A DNA stretch of 64,000 nucleotides from a virus: the IMG/VR virus record IMGVR_UViG_3300037851_000192, positions 1-64,000 of that record; one strand, given 5' to 3'. The notes under the pieces were generated by a model, which saw nothing but the letters and a program-made list of their open reading frames with translations, made no database searches and was not told where the DNA came from. Position 1 is the stretch's first letter. Every line of letters begins with the position of its first letter. The position numbers and the translations under genes were made by a program. Positions 9,601-19,480 of this stretch are shown here, in pieces.

Positions 9601-12356
9601 CGGCCGTTGTCCGCCTCTACGCCGGCGTTCCGCGCGCGGCGGTCGAACTCGCGGAGCCGAGGAGCCGATCCACGCTTCCGGTTCTTCGCGAAGCGATCCC
9701 CCCGTCGATCGGCGACGGCCGGGACTGCCAACGGTGCGCGCTCCGCGAGGGCGTGCACACGGTTTGCGTAGGGGCGGAGGGCGAGCCCGGCGGGCTCATG
9801 TTGATCGGCGAGAGCCCGGGAAGCAAGGAGGACACGCGGGGGCGGCCGTTCGTTGGACCTTCGGGCTTGCTGCTCCGCGAGCAAGTCGCGAAGCATTGGC
9901 GCGGGCCGGTCGCGATCGACAACGCGATCCGTTGTGCTCCGGGCCGGCGCGAGGTCACGGAGAAGCACGTCGAGGCGTGCCGGGGCTACCTCGTGGACAC
10001 GATCCGCGAGGTCGCGCCAGCTCGGATCGTGACGCTCGGATCGTGGGCGTCGTTCGCTCTGTTCGGTCGGTCGGTTCCGCCGATCTCGTCGCGGCGCGGG
10101 TACGCCTATCTGTTCGACGTGGCCGACGATCCCGTGCCGTGCTTCTTCGTGCTTCATCCGGCCGCGGCGTTGCGCAACCGATTCGTGCGCGCTTGGTTCG
10201 AGGCCGATCTCGCTTGGGCTCTTACGGTCAAGCCCCCGAGGCCGGCGCCGGCGCTCGGCGTCGTGCGCGTGGTGGATTCGGTCGAGAGTGCGCGCGAGGC
10301 GATCGAGGCCGTGCGCGGCAAGCGGTGCGCCTTCGACGTCGAGACGGCGGGGATCTTGTGGAACCGATCCTTCCGGATCGAGGCGTGCTCCGTGGCGCCG
10401 GTTGGCGACGAGACCTCGGCGGCGTGGCTTTGGGATCGCGAGGCGATCCGCAACCGCGAGATCCGCCGGCCGCTCGAGGAGTGGCTCGCGGACGAGGCGG
10501 CGGAGAAGGTCGGGCACAACGTCAAGTTCGACGTCAACGCGGTCCGGGCCGCGTGGGGCGTTTGCGTGCGCGGCGTCGTGGGCGATACGCGCTTGTGGCG
10601 TAGGCTGCGCGATCCCGAGGCCGGCGCGAAGCTCGACGAAACGGCCGAGCTTGTCGGGATGGGCGGCATGAAGGCCGAGGCGCGCGCGGCGATGAAGGCC
10701 GTGGTCGATCGCGTGAAGTCGGGGATCTCGGCCGAGAAGACGATCGAGAAGCGCAAGGCCGAGGACGCGGCGCGACGCTTGGGCGACACCGCGAAGAAGT
10801 GGCCGCGGCTCTCGGCGCCGCGAAGCGAGGGCTTGGTCTACCTCGAGGAGATCGGCCGAACGGATCCCGAGCTTGCCAAGGTGATCCGCGACGCTCCAAG
10901 CGAATGGGAGCGCTACGCCTACGCGCTTGTCGACCGCGAGATCCTTGCGCGGTACAACGCGAGGGACACGATCGCAACGGCGCGGCTTGCGGCGAAGCTA
11001 CCCGAGGCGCTCGCGGAGGTTCCGTCGCTAGACCGGCTCCGGCGCATGATCGTGGATCGTGCCGGCAACGCGATCGCGGAGGTCGAGCGTTGGGGCGTGG
11101 CGGCCGACCGCGCGGCGATCGCCAACTTCGACCGCTTCCTCGGCGTGAAGATCGACGAAGTGAAGGCGCGGATCGACGCCTACGGCTTCGACTTCAATCC
11201 CGACTCTCCGCCGCAAGTGGCGCGCATTCTGTTCGAGGTCTTGAAGCTCCGGCCGCCGAAGCTCACGGACACGGGGCGCGCTTCGACGGACAAGGAGGTC
11301 CTCGCAGAGCTTGCACGAAAGCACCCGTTCGCGCGTGACCTTTCCGAGTGGCGGCGGCTTGGCAAGCTCCGCGGCACTTACGCCGGCAGCCGTGAAGGCG
11401 AGGGGCTATGGGCTCACGTTCGCGAGGACGGGCGGATCCATACGTCGATCCTGCTCGACGGCGCGGGCACGGGGCGGACGAGTTCGCAGGAACCGAACTT
11501 GCAGAACATTCCGGTCCGCACGGCCGAGGGCCGCATGGCGCGCGATTGCTTCGTCGCGGCTCCCGGTTGCTTGCTCGTGCAACTTGACTACTCGCAGCTC
11601 GAACTCCGGGTCGCGGCGATGCTCTCGCGCGATCCGGCCATGATCTCGATCTTCCAATCGGGCGACGACTATCACACGCGGACGGCGCAGATCATCGCCA
11701 AGATCGCGTGGGGCATTGGCCCCGACCAAGTGCAAAAGAAGCATCGGTTCACGGCGAAAACGATCAACTTCGCCCTACTCTACGGCGCGGGCGACGCGAA
11801 GATCGCCGAGCAGATCAAGACGCAGAGCAACGGCGAGTTCTCGGTCACGTCGGAAGACGTCGCGAAGATCCGCGTCGCGATCCTCGGCGCGTTCCGCACG
11901 TTCTCACAGTGGGCCGACAAGAAGCTCGCGGAGTCGCGCAAGACGGGGCAGGCGTGGACGTGGTGGCAAGGTGCGCCGGCGCGGTGCCGGTCGCTTTGGA
12001 AGATCGGATCGAACCAAGGCGACGACGACGGCGCGCGGATCACGGCGGAGCACTCGGCGGTCAATACGCCGGTGCAAGGCACCGGATCGGACTTTTGCAT
12101 CGCGTCGCTTACCGAGCTTGTCGAGTGGATCCAACGCGAGGGGATCGAGGACGTGGTCAAGCTCGTGCTTCCCGTGCACGATTCGATCATGTTCGAGTGT
12201 CGCGAGGATTGGGTCGAGCGCGTGGCGAACAAGGCGCGCGAGGTCATGACCGGCTGGCCGAGCGACGGCGTTCCGCTTGTCGTAGACGTCGAGGTCGGCC
12301 GCTCGTGGGGTTCGCTCGCGAAGTGGCCGCCCAAGCCTGAAAGCGAGGCAGCATGA
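9597..12356 (+). CDS. family-4 uracil-DNA glycosylase fused to family-A DNA polymerase (3'-5' exo + pol)
   Basis: GESPGSKED...GRPFVGPSG and VLHPAA (UDG family 4); FDVETAG, HNVKFD, YNARD (exo I-III); DYSQLELRV, RFTAKTINFALLYG, PVHDS (pol A/B/C). Confidence 0.85.
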   Translation: MTAVVRLYAGVPRAAVELAEPRSRSTLPVLREAIPPSIGDGRDCQRCALREGVHTVCVGAEGEPGGLMLIGESPGSKEDTRGRPFVGPSGLLLREQVAKHWRGPVAIDNAIRCAPGRREVTEKHVEACRGYLVDTIREVAPARIVTLGSWASFALFGRSVPPISSRRGYAYLFDVADDPVPCFFVLHPAAALRNRFVRAWFEADLAWALTVKPPRPAPALGVVRVVDSVESAREAIEAVRGKRCAFDVETAGILWNRSFRIEACSVAPVGDETSAAWLWDREAIRNREIRRPLEEWLADEAAEKVGHNVKFDVNAVRAAWGVCVRGVVGDTRLWRRLRDPEAGAKLDETAELVGMGGMKAEARAAMKAVVDRVKSGISAEKTIEKRKAEDAARRLGDTAKKWPRLSAPRSEGLVYLEEIGRTDPELAKVIRDAPSEWERYAYALVDREILARYNARDTIATARLAAKLPEALAEVPSLDRLRRMIVDRAGNAIAEVERWGVAADRAAIANFDRFLGVKIDEVKARIDAYGFDFNPDSPPQVARILFEVLKLRPPKLTDTGRASTDKEVLAELARKHPFARDLSEWRRLGKLRGTYAGSREGEGLWAHVREDGRIHTSILLDGAGTGRTSSQEPNLQNIPVRTAEGRMARDCFVAAPGCLLVQLDYSQLELRVAAMLSRDPAMISIFQSGDDYHTRTAQIIAKIAWGIGPDQVQKKHRFTAKTINFALLYGAGDAKIAEQIKTQSNGEFSVTSEDVAKIRVAILGAFRTFSQWADKKLAESRKTGQAWTWWQGAPARCRSLWKIGSNQGDDDGARITAEHSAVNTPVQGTGSDFCIASLTELVEWIQREGIEDVVKLVLPVHDSIMFECREDWVERVANKAREVMTGWPSDGVPLVVDVEVGRSWGSLAKWPPKPESEAA

Positions 12357-12955
12357 AGAACGAACCGCGCGAGCTTGCACCTGGCGAGATCGAGCTACTC
12401 GAGGCGAACCTTCGCGACGCGATCCGCGTCGAGCCCTTGGCGCTCGAGGAGGAGTTCGTTCGGACGCCCGGCGACCTTGCCTATTGGACGGCGCGTCATG
12501 CGGTCTCGATCGGCGTTCACTTGCGCGCGAAGGCGCGAGCGAAGAAGCTCCGCGCGCTCCTGTTCCTCGAGGCGCGCGAGGTTCCCGAGGCTCCGCCCGA
12601 GGCCGAGGCACCGACCGCGAACGACGTGGCGGCCGCCACGGGCGCGGACCCGGAAACGGCGAAGGCGGTGGCGGAGGCGGGCAAGAAGGCGAAGGCCGCG
12701 GCAAAGCCCAAGGCTCCGCCGCGTGCGACCGAGAAGGACGCCGATTCGCGCGTGGAACTCGACCCGCGGTGGCAAGACGCACAAGAGGCGGAGATCGCGG
12801 CCGAGGTCGAGCGCGAGAAAATGAAGGGGGCGGTCGCGGCGCTCGTCGCCAAGAAGGATATGCTCGTCCAGCTTGGCGCGAACCAACGGGCCGAGTTAGA
12901 ACGGGATCCGGTCATTCGCGAGCGGCACTTCGCCGATCGCTTGGGCCGGCGGTAA
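12353..12955 (+). CDS. hypothetical protein
   Basis: ORF 12353..12955, ATGA overlap with the polymerase stop. Confidence 0.55.
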   Translation: MKNEPRELAPGEIELLEANLRDAIRVEPLALEEEFVRTPGDLAYWTARHAVSIGVHLRAKARAKKLRALLFLEAREVPEAPPEAEAPTANDVAAATGADPETAKAVAEAGKKAKAAAKPKAPPRATEKDADSRVELDPRWQDAQEAEIAAEVEREKMKGAVAALVAKKDMLVQLGANQRAELERDPVIRERHFADRLGRR

Positions 12956-12980
12956 CAACAGCACAAGAGGTCAGAGCACA

Positions 12981-13739
12981 ATGAGCAACCTAGCAAAGTT
13001 CGGCGACTTTTCGATCGAGGCGGCAGCGAAGGCGCGCGAGGAGAGCGAGCGCGCGACGACGGGCGCGGAGTTCTTCAAGGCTCCGGCCGGCGAGTCGAGC
13101 CTTCGGTTTCTTCCGCCGATGATCGGCAAGTCGGATCCGTTCCGCGTCGTCTACCAGCACTTCGTCGAGATCCCCGGGGCCAAGAGTTCGATCTCGTTCG
13201 TCTGCCCGAGGATGCAAGCGAAGACCGACAACCTCGGGCCTCGCTACTGTCCGGCGTGCGCGAAGGCCGACGAGCTTCGCGAGCGCGGCGGGCCGGTCGC
13301 CTATGACCTCGCGGGTAACTTCCTCCCGCGTCGGCGGATCTTCGCGAACGTGGTCTTTCGCGGCGCGCCCGAGCGTGGCGTGTTGATCTTCCCGTTCGGA
13401 AAGCAGATCCATGACCAGCTCTTGGCGCTCCGCGACAACCGCGACGCGGGCGGAAACTTCTGCCACCCGATCGACGGCTTCGACATTGTGATCTCGCGGT
13501 CGGGCACGGGCATGAAGACCGAGTACAAGGTCTATCCGTCGCGCAAGCTCTCGAAGCTCGCCGATGACGTCGAGACCATGAACGCGTGGCTCGAGACCAT
13601 GCACGATCTCGATCGCTATGCGCGGATCCCGAGCGAGGACGAGCTTCGGCAGCTCACGAGTCAAGTGGGCTCCGTGACCGTGGACAGCGCGCGGCCGACC
13701 GGCCGCAAGCGCACCGCGGCCGACGCGATCGAGGACTGA
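12981..13739 (+). CDS. gp32-like single-stranded DNA-binding protein
   Basis: SSLRFLPP...FVCPRM...YCPACAKA (T4 gp32-style RFLP + zinc site); acidic C-terminal tail AADAIED. Confidence 0.6.
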   Translation: MSNLAKFGDFSIEAAAKAREESERATTGAEFFKAPAGESSLRFLPPMIGKSDPFRVVYQHFVEIPGAKSSISFVCPRMQAKTDNLGPRYCPACAKADELRERGGPVAYDLAGNFLPRRRIFANVVFRGAPERGVLIFPFGKQIHDQLLALRDNRDAGGNFCHPIDGFDIVISRSGTGMKTEYKVYPSRKLSKLADDVETMNAWLETMHDLDRYARIPSEDELRQLTSQVGSVTVDSARPTGRKRTAADAIED

Positions 13740-13791
13740 CCGCAAGACCTTCGGGCCCCGACCGGCGATCCTTTCGTCGCGTCTGCTCCCG

Positions 13792-14307
13792 ATGGACAAG
13801 CGCTCCCCGGAGTCGGTCGGGGCGGGGGAGCGCGCTTCTTCGGAGGCGCGAGTGTCGATCGAGCTTTTCAAAGCGCTCGCGGGGATTCGCTTCGTCTACG
13901 CGGGCCGGATCGTTTGCGCGCTCGAGGGCGGTAGCTACTCGAACGGGCGCGGCGCGGTGCAAGTATTCGCGGACGGCGAGCCCTACGCGGTGCTCTCGGT
14001 CAACCTTCCGGACGAGGCGCTCGAGGCCGACGAGTTCTTTTGCCGCACGGGTGCCGAGCAGCACACGGACACGAAGCAAGTTCGGGCGGCCGTGCTCGGC
14101 CTTCGGATCTTCGAGCCGAGCGGCGTCTTCGTCTCGGCGGGCTACGTCGAGGACTATGCGACGCGGTGGCGGTTTGCGACGTGCTCGCACGGTGCGCGGG
14201 CGGTGCTCTGCTCCGATTGCCGCGCGGCAATCGACGCCAAGTTCCAAGAGCAGATCGAGCGGATCCTTTCGGCCGACGCCGTGAAGCGGCTCGGGGGTAG
14301 ATCATGA
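13792..14307 (+). CDS. hypothetical protein
   Basis: ORF 13792..14307; start uncertain; ATGA overlap with next gene. Confidence 0.45.
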   Translation: MDKRSPESVGAGERASSEARVSIELFKALAGIRFVYAGRIVCALEGGSYSNGRGAVQVFADGEPYAVLSVNLPDEALEADEFFCRTGAEQHTDTKQVRAAVLGLRIFEPSGVFVSAGYVEDYATRWRFATCSHGARAVLCSDCRAAIDAKFQEQIERILSADAVKRLGGRS

Positions 14308-15404
14308 CGCGGATCGTTTTCGCGGCCGACGTGCACGTCGGCAACCATAGGCGCATGGGCGGGGCGTGGGATCGTGGGTTGAATAAGCGCGCGCGGCTTT
14401 GCGTCGAGGTTCTCGCGCGTGCGCGCAAGCGTGCCGAGGAACTCGGCGCCGCGGCGTTCGTCGTGCTCGGGGACGTGTTCGACGATGATCGGCCAGGACC
14501 GCAGCTCGTGGCGGCGGTGCAACGTGCGCTTCGTCCGGTGGGTCGAATGGCCGTGATCGTCGTGAAGGGCAACCACGACGCGACGAGCGACGAGCCGGGG
14601 CACAACGCGCTCGCTCCGCTTGCGCCGGCCGTGACCGTGATCGCGGAGGCTCCGCGCGTCGAGGAGATCGAAGGCGTCGAGATCGGGCTTGTGCCGTTCT
14701 CGGTCGGCAGCGCGCCCGAGATCCTTCGCGCGGCCGTGGCGGGGTTGAAGTGGTGCCCGCTTGGCGTTCCGCGGATCCTCGGGATTCACTTCGGCGTGAA
14801 GACGGCGCGGACGCCCCCGTGGCTTCGTGACGCACCGGACGCGATGCACGTCGAGGAACTCGGCTTCCTCGCGGCGAAGCACGAGATCGGGGACGTCTTC
14901 GCGGGACATTGGCACCATAGGGAAACACGCACGGCGCAAGGGGAGGCGAGCGTTTGGCAGATCGGATCGCTCTGCCCGAGCGGCTTCGACGATACGAGCG
15001 AGGGCCACGGGATCGCGGTTTGGGAGGACGGCGCCGTGCGCTTCGAGGAGATCGAGGGGCCCCGGTTCCTCGAGGCTAAGACCGAGGACGAGATCGCGAA
15101 GGCGGTCGGCGGCGACGTGCGGCACTCGTTCTTCGTCTCGTGGTCGGTTCCGCCGGCGAAGGTCGCGGAGTCGATCGAGCGGCTCGAGGGCTACGGCGCG
15201 CACCGGATCTCGGCGTTCGAGGTTGTGCCCGACGGCGAGGTTCTCGCGGTCGCGGCGAAGGACGCGGCGGACGCGGCGCGCTCCGCTACCGCGTTCGACG
15301 AGGCTCTCGAGGGCTTCGTTGCAAACATGGCGATCCCCGAAGGCGTGGACCGGGCCAAGGTTCTGGACCTCGCACGGGGCTACATCGAAAGGACCAGAGC
15401 ATGA
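14304..15404 (+). CDS. Mre11/SbcD-like metallophosphoesterase nuclease
   Basis: AADVHVG, VVLGDVFDD, KGNHD, AGHWHH motifs. Confidence 0.75.
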   Translation: MTRIVFAADVHVGNHRRMGGAWDRGLNKRARLCVEVLARARKRAEELGAAAFVVLGDVFDDDRPGPQLVAAVQRALRPVGRMAVIVVKGNHDATSDEPGHNALAPLAPAVTVIAEAPRVEEIEGVEIGLVPFSVGSAPEILRAAVAGLKWCPLGVPRILGIHFGVKTARTPPWLRDAPDAMHVEELGFLAAKHEIGDVFAGHWHHRETRTAQGEASVWQIGSLCPSGFDDTSEGHGIAVWEDGAVRFEEIEGPRFLEAKTEDEIAKAVGGDVRHSFFVSWSVPPAKVAESIERLEGYGAHRISAFEVVPDGEVLAVAAKDAADAARSATAFDEALEGFVANMAIPEGVDRAKVLDLARGYIERTRA

Positions 15405-16420
15405 GCAAGAGCAAGAGCACAAGTTCGGCGCGGCGTTGTCTCGACTTCGCGGGCCCCCCTTGGGATTCGCCGGCGACCCTTCCGGAGAAGTGGGGGGCGA
15501 GTCGGCCGTCGTGCGAGTTGCTTTGGGTTCTGCCCGAGGCGAACGGCGACGACGAGGGCGGCGTTCCGGTGCTCGCGTTGCAGCTATTGAACGCGGCGCC
15601 GATGGCTCCGGCGTTGAAGGCGATCGGGTTCTACTATCGCGCGGGCGGTCGCTTCCGCCGCTTGTGGGTCGGGAAGAACACGACGAACAACGCGGCGACG
15701 TGGCGCGAGGTCGCGGCGATCGTGAACGCCTCGAAAGACGACGGCCGGCGCTACAAGGTGCGGCTCACGGAACGTCCCTTGCCGTTTCCGCCGCTTCCCT
15801 TCGAGGTCCTCGAGGACGGGATGACCTTGCGCTTCCTCGACAAGACGCAAACCGCGGCCGACTATCCGGGCGGGCGGTTGGCAGACGACCAACGAAATAC
15901 GAAGTGGACCGAGACCGAGTGCGGCGTGCTCGAGGGGATCTTGGTTCGGCGCAAGCCGGGCGATCCCTTCTTCGTTCACAAGGTAGACGACGAGCGAAAC
16001 CGAGAGCGCGCGGGCGTGCTCCTCGAGACCTTCTACAAGCTCGGCAAGGTGCGGCGGTCGAAGGACGCGGTCGCGAGCAAGCTCCGGAAGCTCGCGGACG
16101 GCTGGCCGCTCGGAACGCAAGCGGAGGCCGACGCGAAGATCGGGGCCTATTGGATCACGCGGATCGCGGACGAGGAACGCGGGGCGGCGCCCGACCGGCC
16201 GATCAAGCCGCGGGTCAGTGTTCCGGCGATCGTGGCTCCGCCGGAACCGCCGGCGGCGGCAGACCCGCCGAACCTTCCGGACTCGCCGGCGCCTTTGCCC
16301 GACGTCGGCGCGTTCCTCGAGGCCTTCGGCGGCGACCTCGAGGCGGCCCGGCGGGCGCTTGCGCGCGAGGCGGCCCGCAAGCTCCGAGAGCAAGCCGACG
16401 CGCTCGAGGGCGAAGCATGA
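15401..16420 (+). CDS. hypothetical protein between the Mre11-like and Rad50-like genes
   Basis: ATGA overlap start 15401 in ORF 15140..16420. Confidence 0.55.
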   Translation: MSKSKSTSSARRCLDFAGPPWDSPATLPEKWGASRPSCELLWVLPEANGDDEGGVPVLALQLLNAAPMAPALKAIGFYYRAGGRFRRLWVGKNTTNNAATWREVAAIVNASKDDGRRYKVRLTERPLPFPPLPFEVLEDGMTLRFLDKTQTAADYPGGRLADDQRNTKWTETECGVLEGILVRRKPGDPFFVHKVDDERNRERAGVLLETFYKLGKVRRSKDAVASKLRKLADGWPLGTQAEADAKIGAYWITRIADEERGAAPDRPIKPRVSVPAIVAPPEPPAAADPPNLPDSPAPLPDVGAFLEAFGGDLEAARRALAREAARKLREQADALEGEA

Positions 16421-16548
16421 CGCGGAAGCACACGCTCGCGGAGTCGATCGGCGTGCTTCTCGCGCTGCTCGTCTTCGTCATGTTCTCGGGCTGCGCGGCG
16501 CGGCTCGGTTGGGCGCTAGGTGACCACGTTCTTCGGAGTGGACCGTGA
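16417..16548 (+). CDS. small membrane/lipoprotein-like peptide (43 aa)
   Basis: ATGA overlap start; hydrophobic LLALLVFVMFSGC (lipobox-like). Confidence 0.35.
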   Translation: MTRKHTLAESIGVLLALLVFVMFSGCAARLGWALGDHVLRSGP

Positions 16549-18230
16549 TGCACGTCAAGGCGATCGAGGCCGCGGGGATCTTCAAGCATGCCGGCTCACG
16601 GGTGGAACTCCCGCCCGAGGGGATCGTGGTCGTGACCGGCGAGAACGGCGCGGGCAAGTCGGGGCTTTTCGTCGAGGCGGTTCCGCTCGCGATTTGGGGG
16701 CGGACGCTCCGCGGCGAAGGGCACCGGGGCTTCGACCCATGGGGCTCGGAGGGCTCGATCATGGTCGAGTTCGACGGCGGGCTTCGCGTCGAGCGCACAC
16801 GGCGCAAGGGCAAGACCGATCTCCGTTGGTCGGTCAACGGCGATGGCGAGCGGTTCGAGACGGCGACCAAGGCGCAAGAGGCGCTCGAGGCGGTCGTAGG
16901 CTCGTTCGCGTTGTGGGCGAACGGTGCGAGCTTCTCGAGCGCGGACGCCTCCGCCTTCATGCTGGCGCCCGACGCCGAGCGGAAGCGGCTCCTCGAGGAG
17001 ATCATCGGCGGATCGGTCAATTTCGACGCGGCGCTTCGTGCGTGCCGTGCGGACCTCGACGCGGCCGATCTCGAGGTCTCGCGGGCCCGGCGCGAGGTCG
17101 AACAGATCGACGCCGGGATCGTGCGCCTCGACGCCGAGATCGCACGGGCCCGCGAAGGGCTCGCACGGTTCAACGCCGAGGCTCCGGCCGCGGTTGCGTT
17201 GCCGAAGGGCAAGAGCGCGGACGAACTCGCGGGGCTCGCACGGGCGGCCGAAGCCGATATGGCACGGGCCCGGGATCGGGCGCGTGTGATCGAGCGTGCC
17301 GGGGGTGAGGCTTCGGCGATGGCGCGGCAGATTGGCGACACGCTCCGCCGGCTCGAGGGCACGGCGGCGTGCCCGACTTGCGGGCAAGTGGTCGGGCCGG
17401 ATCTCCTCGAGGCGCTCCGGCGTTCGGTCTCGAAGCTCGCGGCGCAAGCCGAGGCCGAGCGGAAGGCGACCGAGGCCGAGCGGCAAGCTATAGCGGCCGA
17501 GCTATCGGAACTCGAGGACGAGCGCGCGGCGCTCGTGCGCCGGCGGGACGAGCGGGCAGCGGTCGAGCTTGCGGCGCGCGCGAGGGCGGACGAGCGGGCA
17601 CGATGGGCGGACGCTCGGGACCGGATGGCGGCGACCCTGGCCACCGTCGAGGCGGAGCGCGAGAAGGTAGGTTCCGGCCGCGACGATTGGCTAGAACGGG
17701 CGAGCAAGGCCGAGATCGGGCAGCTAACCCTTCGGGCCGTCGAGGCCGTTCTAGGCGTTCGTGGCGTCCGCTCCGCGGTGCTCGGTCGGGCTCTCGGGGG
17801 CGTCGAGTCGATCGCCAACGGGTGGCTCGACCGGCTCGGGATCGAAGGCCTACACTTGCGCCTAAGACCTTACACGGAGAAGAAGACCGGCGGGACGAGC
17901 GAGTCGATCTCGGCCGAGGTTCTCGGCGCGGGCGGGGGCTCTTACTACGGGGCAAGCTCCGGCGAGCGGCGCCGGATCGACGTGGCGCTCGTGCTCGCTC
18001 TCGCGGAGGTCGCGGGCGCGGCTCGAGGGCGCCGGCCGGGCACGATGTTCTTCGACGAGGTCTTCGACGCCGTGAGCGCGGCCGGGCTCCCGGCCGTCGT
18101 GCGCGTCGTGCGAGAGTTCGCGCGGGGGCGGTGCGTCGTGGTCGTGACGCACAAGGCCGATCTCGCCCGGGACATTCCGGCCGCGGCGCGCTACCACGTC
18201 GAGGCGGGGAAGGTGGCGCGCGTGTCATGA
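16545..18230 (+). CDS. Rad50/SbcC-like ATPase
   Basis: Walker A GENGAGKS; long coiled coil with CPTC zinc hook; C-terminal SSGERRRIDVAL... and MFFDEVFD. Confidence 0.8.
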   Translation: MMHVKAIEAAGIFKHAGSRVELPPEGIVVVTGENGAGKSGLFVEAVPLAIWGRTLRGEGHRGFDPWGSEGSIMVEFDGGLRVERTRRKGKTDLRWSVNGDGERFETATKAQEALEAVVGSFALWANGASFSSADASAFMLAPDAERKRLLEEIIGGSVNFDAALRACRADLDAADLEVSRARREVEQIDAGIVRLDAEIARAREGLARFNAEAPAAVALPKGKSADELAGLARAAEADMARARDRARVIERAGGEASAMARQIGDTLRRLEGTAACPTCGQVVGPDLLEALRRSVSKLAAQAEAERKATEAERQAIAAELSELEDERAALVRRRDERAAVELAARARADERARWADARDRMAATLATVEAEREKVGSGRDDWLERASKAEIGQLTLRAVEAVLGVRGVRSAVLGRALGGVESIANGWLDRLGIEGLHLRLRPYTEKKTGGTSESISAEVLGAGGGSYYGASSGERRRIDVALVLALAEVAGAARGRRPGTMFFDEVFDAVSAAGLPAVVRVVREFARGRCVVVVTHKADLARDIPAAARYHVEAGKVARVS

Positions 18231-18424
18231 GCTACCCTGACGAGGTTGCAAAGCGGGCGGTCGCGTTGCTGCGCGACATTGGGCGCGCTTCCTACGCCGG
18301 GCCCGGGGGCTGCGAAGGTGTGATCGAACGGGCGCTTCTCGAGGCGTTCGAGGCGGGGCGCCGTAGCGTGTTGGGAGATCCGATCAATGGGAACGACGAA
18401 GACGACGAGAAGCCGCGCGGTTGA
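18227..18424 (+). CDS. hypothetical protein
   Basis: ATGA overlap start 18227; MSYPDEVAKRAVALL... Confidence 0.45.
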   Translation: MSYPDEVAKRAVALLRDIGRASYAGPGGCEGVIERALLEAFEAGRRSVLGDPINGNDEDDEKPRG

Positions 18425-18650
18425 AACGGTCTCGAAGCATCGGTTCGAGGAAGAACGCCGGCGGGCCAACGCGGCGGAGCGTGAGCTTGCCGAGGCTCGG
18501 CGCGAGGTCACGGCGCTTCGTGACGCGCTACGCGGTGCGCGCGAGCACTTCGACGAACGGATCCGCGAGGCCGTCGAGGAGAAGAAGCAAGCGCTCGCGC
18601 TCGCGCTCTCGATCTCCGAGGCAGTCAAGACGATCGGGCACAAGCCGTGA
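18387..18650 (+). CDS. hypothetical coiled-coil protein
   Basis: ORF 18387..18650; GTGA overlap with next gene. Confidence 0.4.
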   Translation: MGTTKTTRSRAVETVSKHRFEEERRRANAAERELAEARREVTALRDALRGAREHFDERIREAVEEKKQALALALSISEAVKTIGHKP

Positions 18651-19480
18651 TCCGGCTTACGCGGCCGCTCGTGCTCGCGTTCGACTTGAACGGCTTCGTC
18701 CATCGTGCTTTTCACGGGCAGCCCTACCGCGCGGCGAGGCTCGCGATCGGCTGGGCTGCGCGGGCGATGCGCGTGCACCAACCCGAGTTCGTGGTCGCGG
18801 CGATCGATCGGCCGTTCCCGACGTTTCGGCATGAGCGCTTTCCGGCGTACAAGAGCAAGGGCAGGGTCACGGGCGACGAGCGGGCGCGCGTGCTCGGGCA
18901 GCTTCGCGAGGCCGAGGAACTCCTCGAGGACGTGCTCGGCGTCCGGACGCTTTGGGCCGAGGGCTTCGAGGCGGACGATATGCTCGCGACGATCGCGCGC
19001 GAGGCAAACAGCCGTGGCTTCGGTTGCATGATCGCGACGAAGGACAAGGACCTCGCGCAAGTTGTGGGCAGCGGCGTGTGGCTCCTCGACTTCATGACGG
19101 GCGAGATCGTCGGGCCCGATCAAGTTGTCGAGCGCTTCGGCGTTCCGCCCGAGAAAATGGCGGACTACCTCGCGTTGGTCGGGGATTCGTCGGATTGCTA
19201 CCCGGGGGCGCCGGGGATTGGGCCGAAGGCCGCGGTCGAGATCCTAAAGTTCGCGGAGGGCGCGCTCGCGGCGTGCGAGAGGTCGGCGGCGTTTTCCTGC
19301 TCGGATCCGAATGTTGCCGGGACGCCGTTCGCGCGCGACGCAATTCGGCGCAAGCTCGCCGCGGGCGCGGCCGATGTTCTCGTGTCGCTTGACCTCGCCC
19401 GGCTTCGCGACGACGTTCCGATCGTGATCGACTTCGAGGCACTCGAGGCGCTACCCGTTCCCGACGAGGTTTCCGCGTGA
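18647..19480 (+). CDS. 5'-3' exonuclease / flap endonuclease
   Basis: LAFDLNGFVHRAF, ATKDKDLAQV, GDSSDCYPGAPGIGPKAA (H3TH). Confidence 0.8.
   Translation: MIRLTRPLVLAFDLNGFVHRAFHGQPYRAARLAIGWAARAMRVHQPEFVVAAIDRPFPTFRHERFPAYKSKGRVTGDERARVLGQLREAEELLEDVLGVRTLWAEGFEADDMLATIAREANSRGFGCMIATKDKDLAQVVGSGVWLLDFMTGEIVGPDQVVERFGVPPEKMADYLALVGDSSDCYPGAPGIGPKAAVEILKFAEGALAACERSAAFSCSDPNVAGTPFARDAIRRKLAAGAADVLVSLDLARLRDDVPIVIDFEALEALPVPDEVSA

Noticed and set aside
9021-10517. Long antisense or alternate-frame ORFs overlapping well-supported genes, e.g. 9021..10517(-), 14154..15422(-), 16478..17818(-), 26950..28506(+) and 34076..35455(-)
   Set aside because: Their translations are Arg/Pro/Ala/Ser-rich with low complexity. 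That is typical of stop-codon-poor off-frames in GC-rich DNA. The overlapping frames carry clear catalytic motifs or coupled starts.
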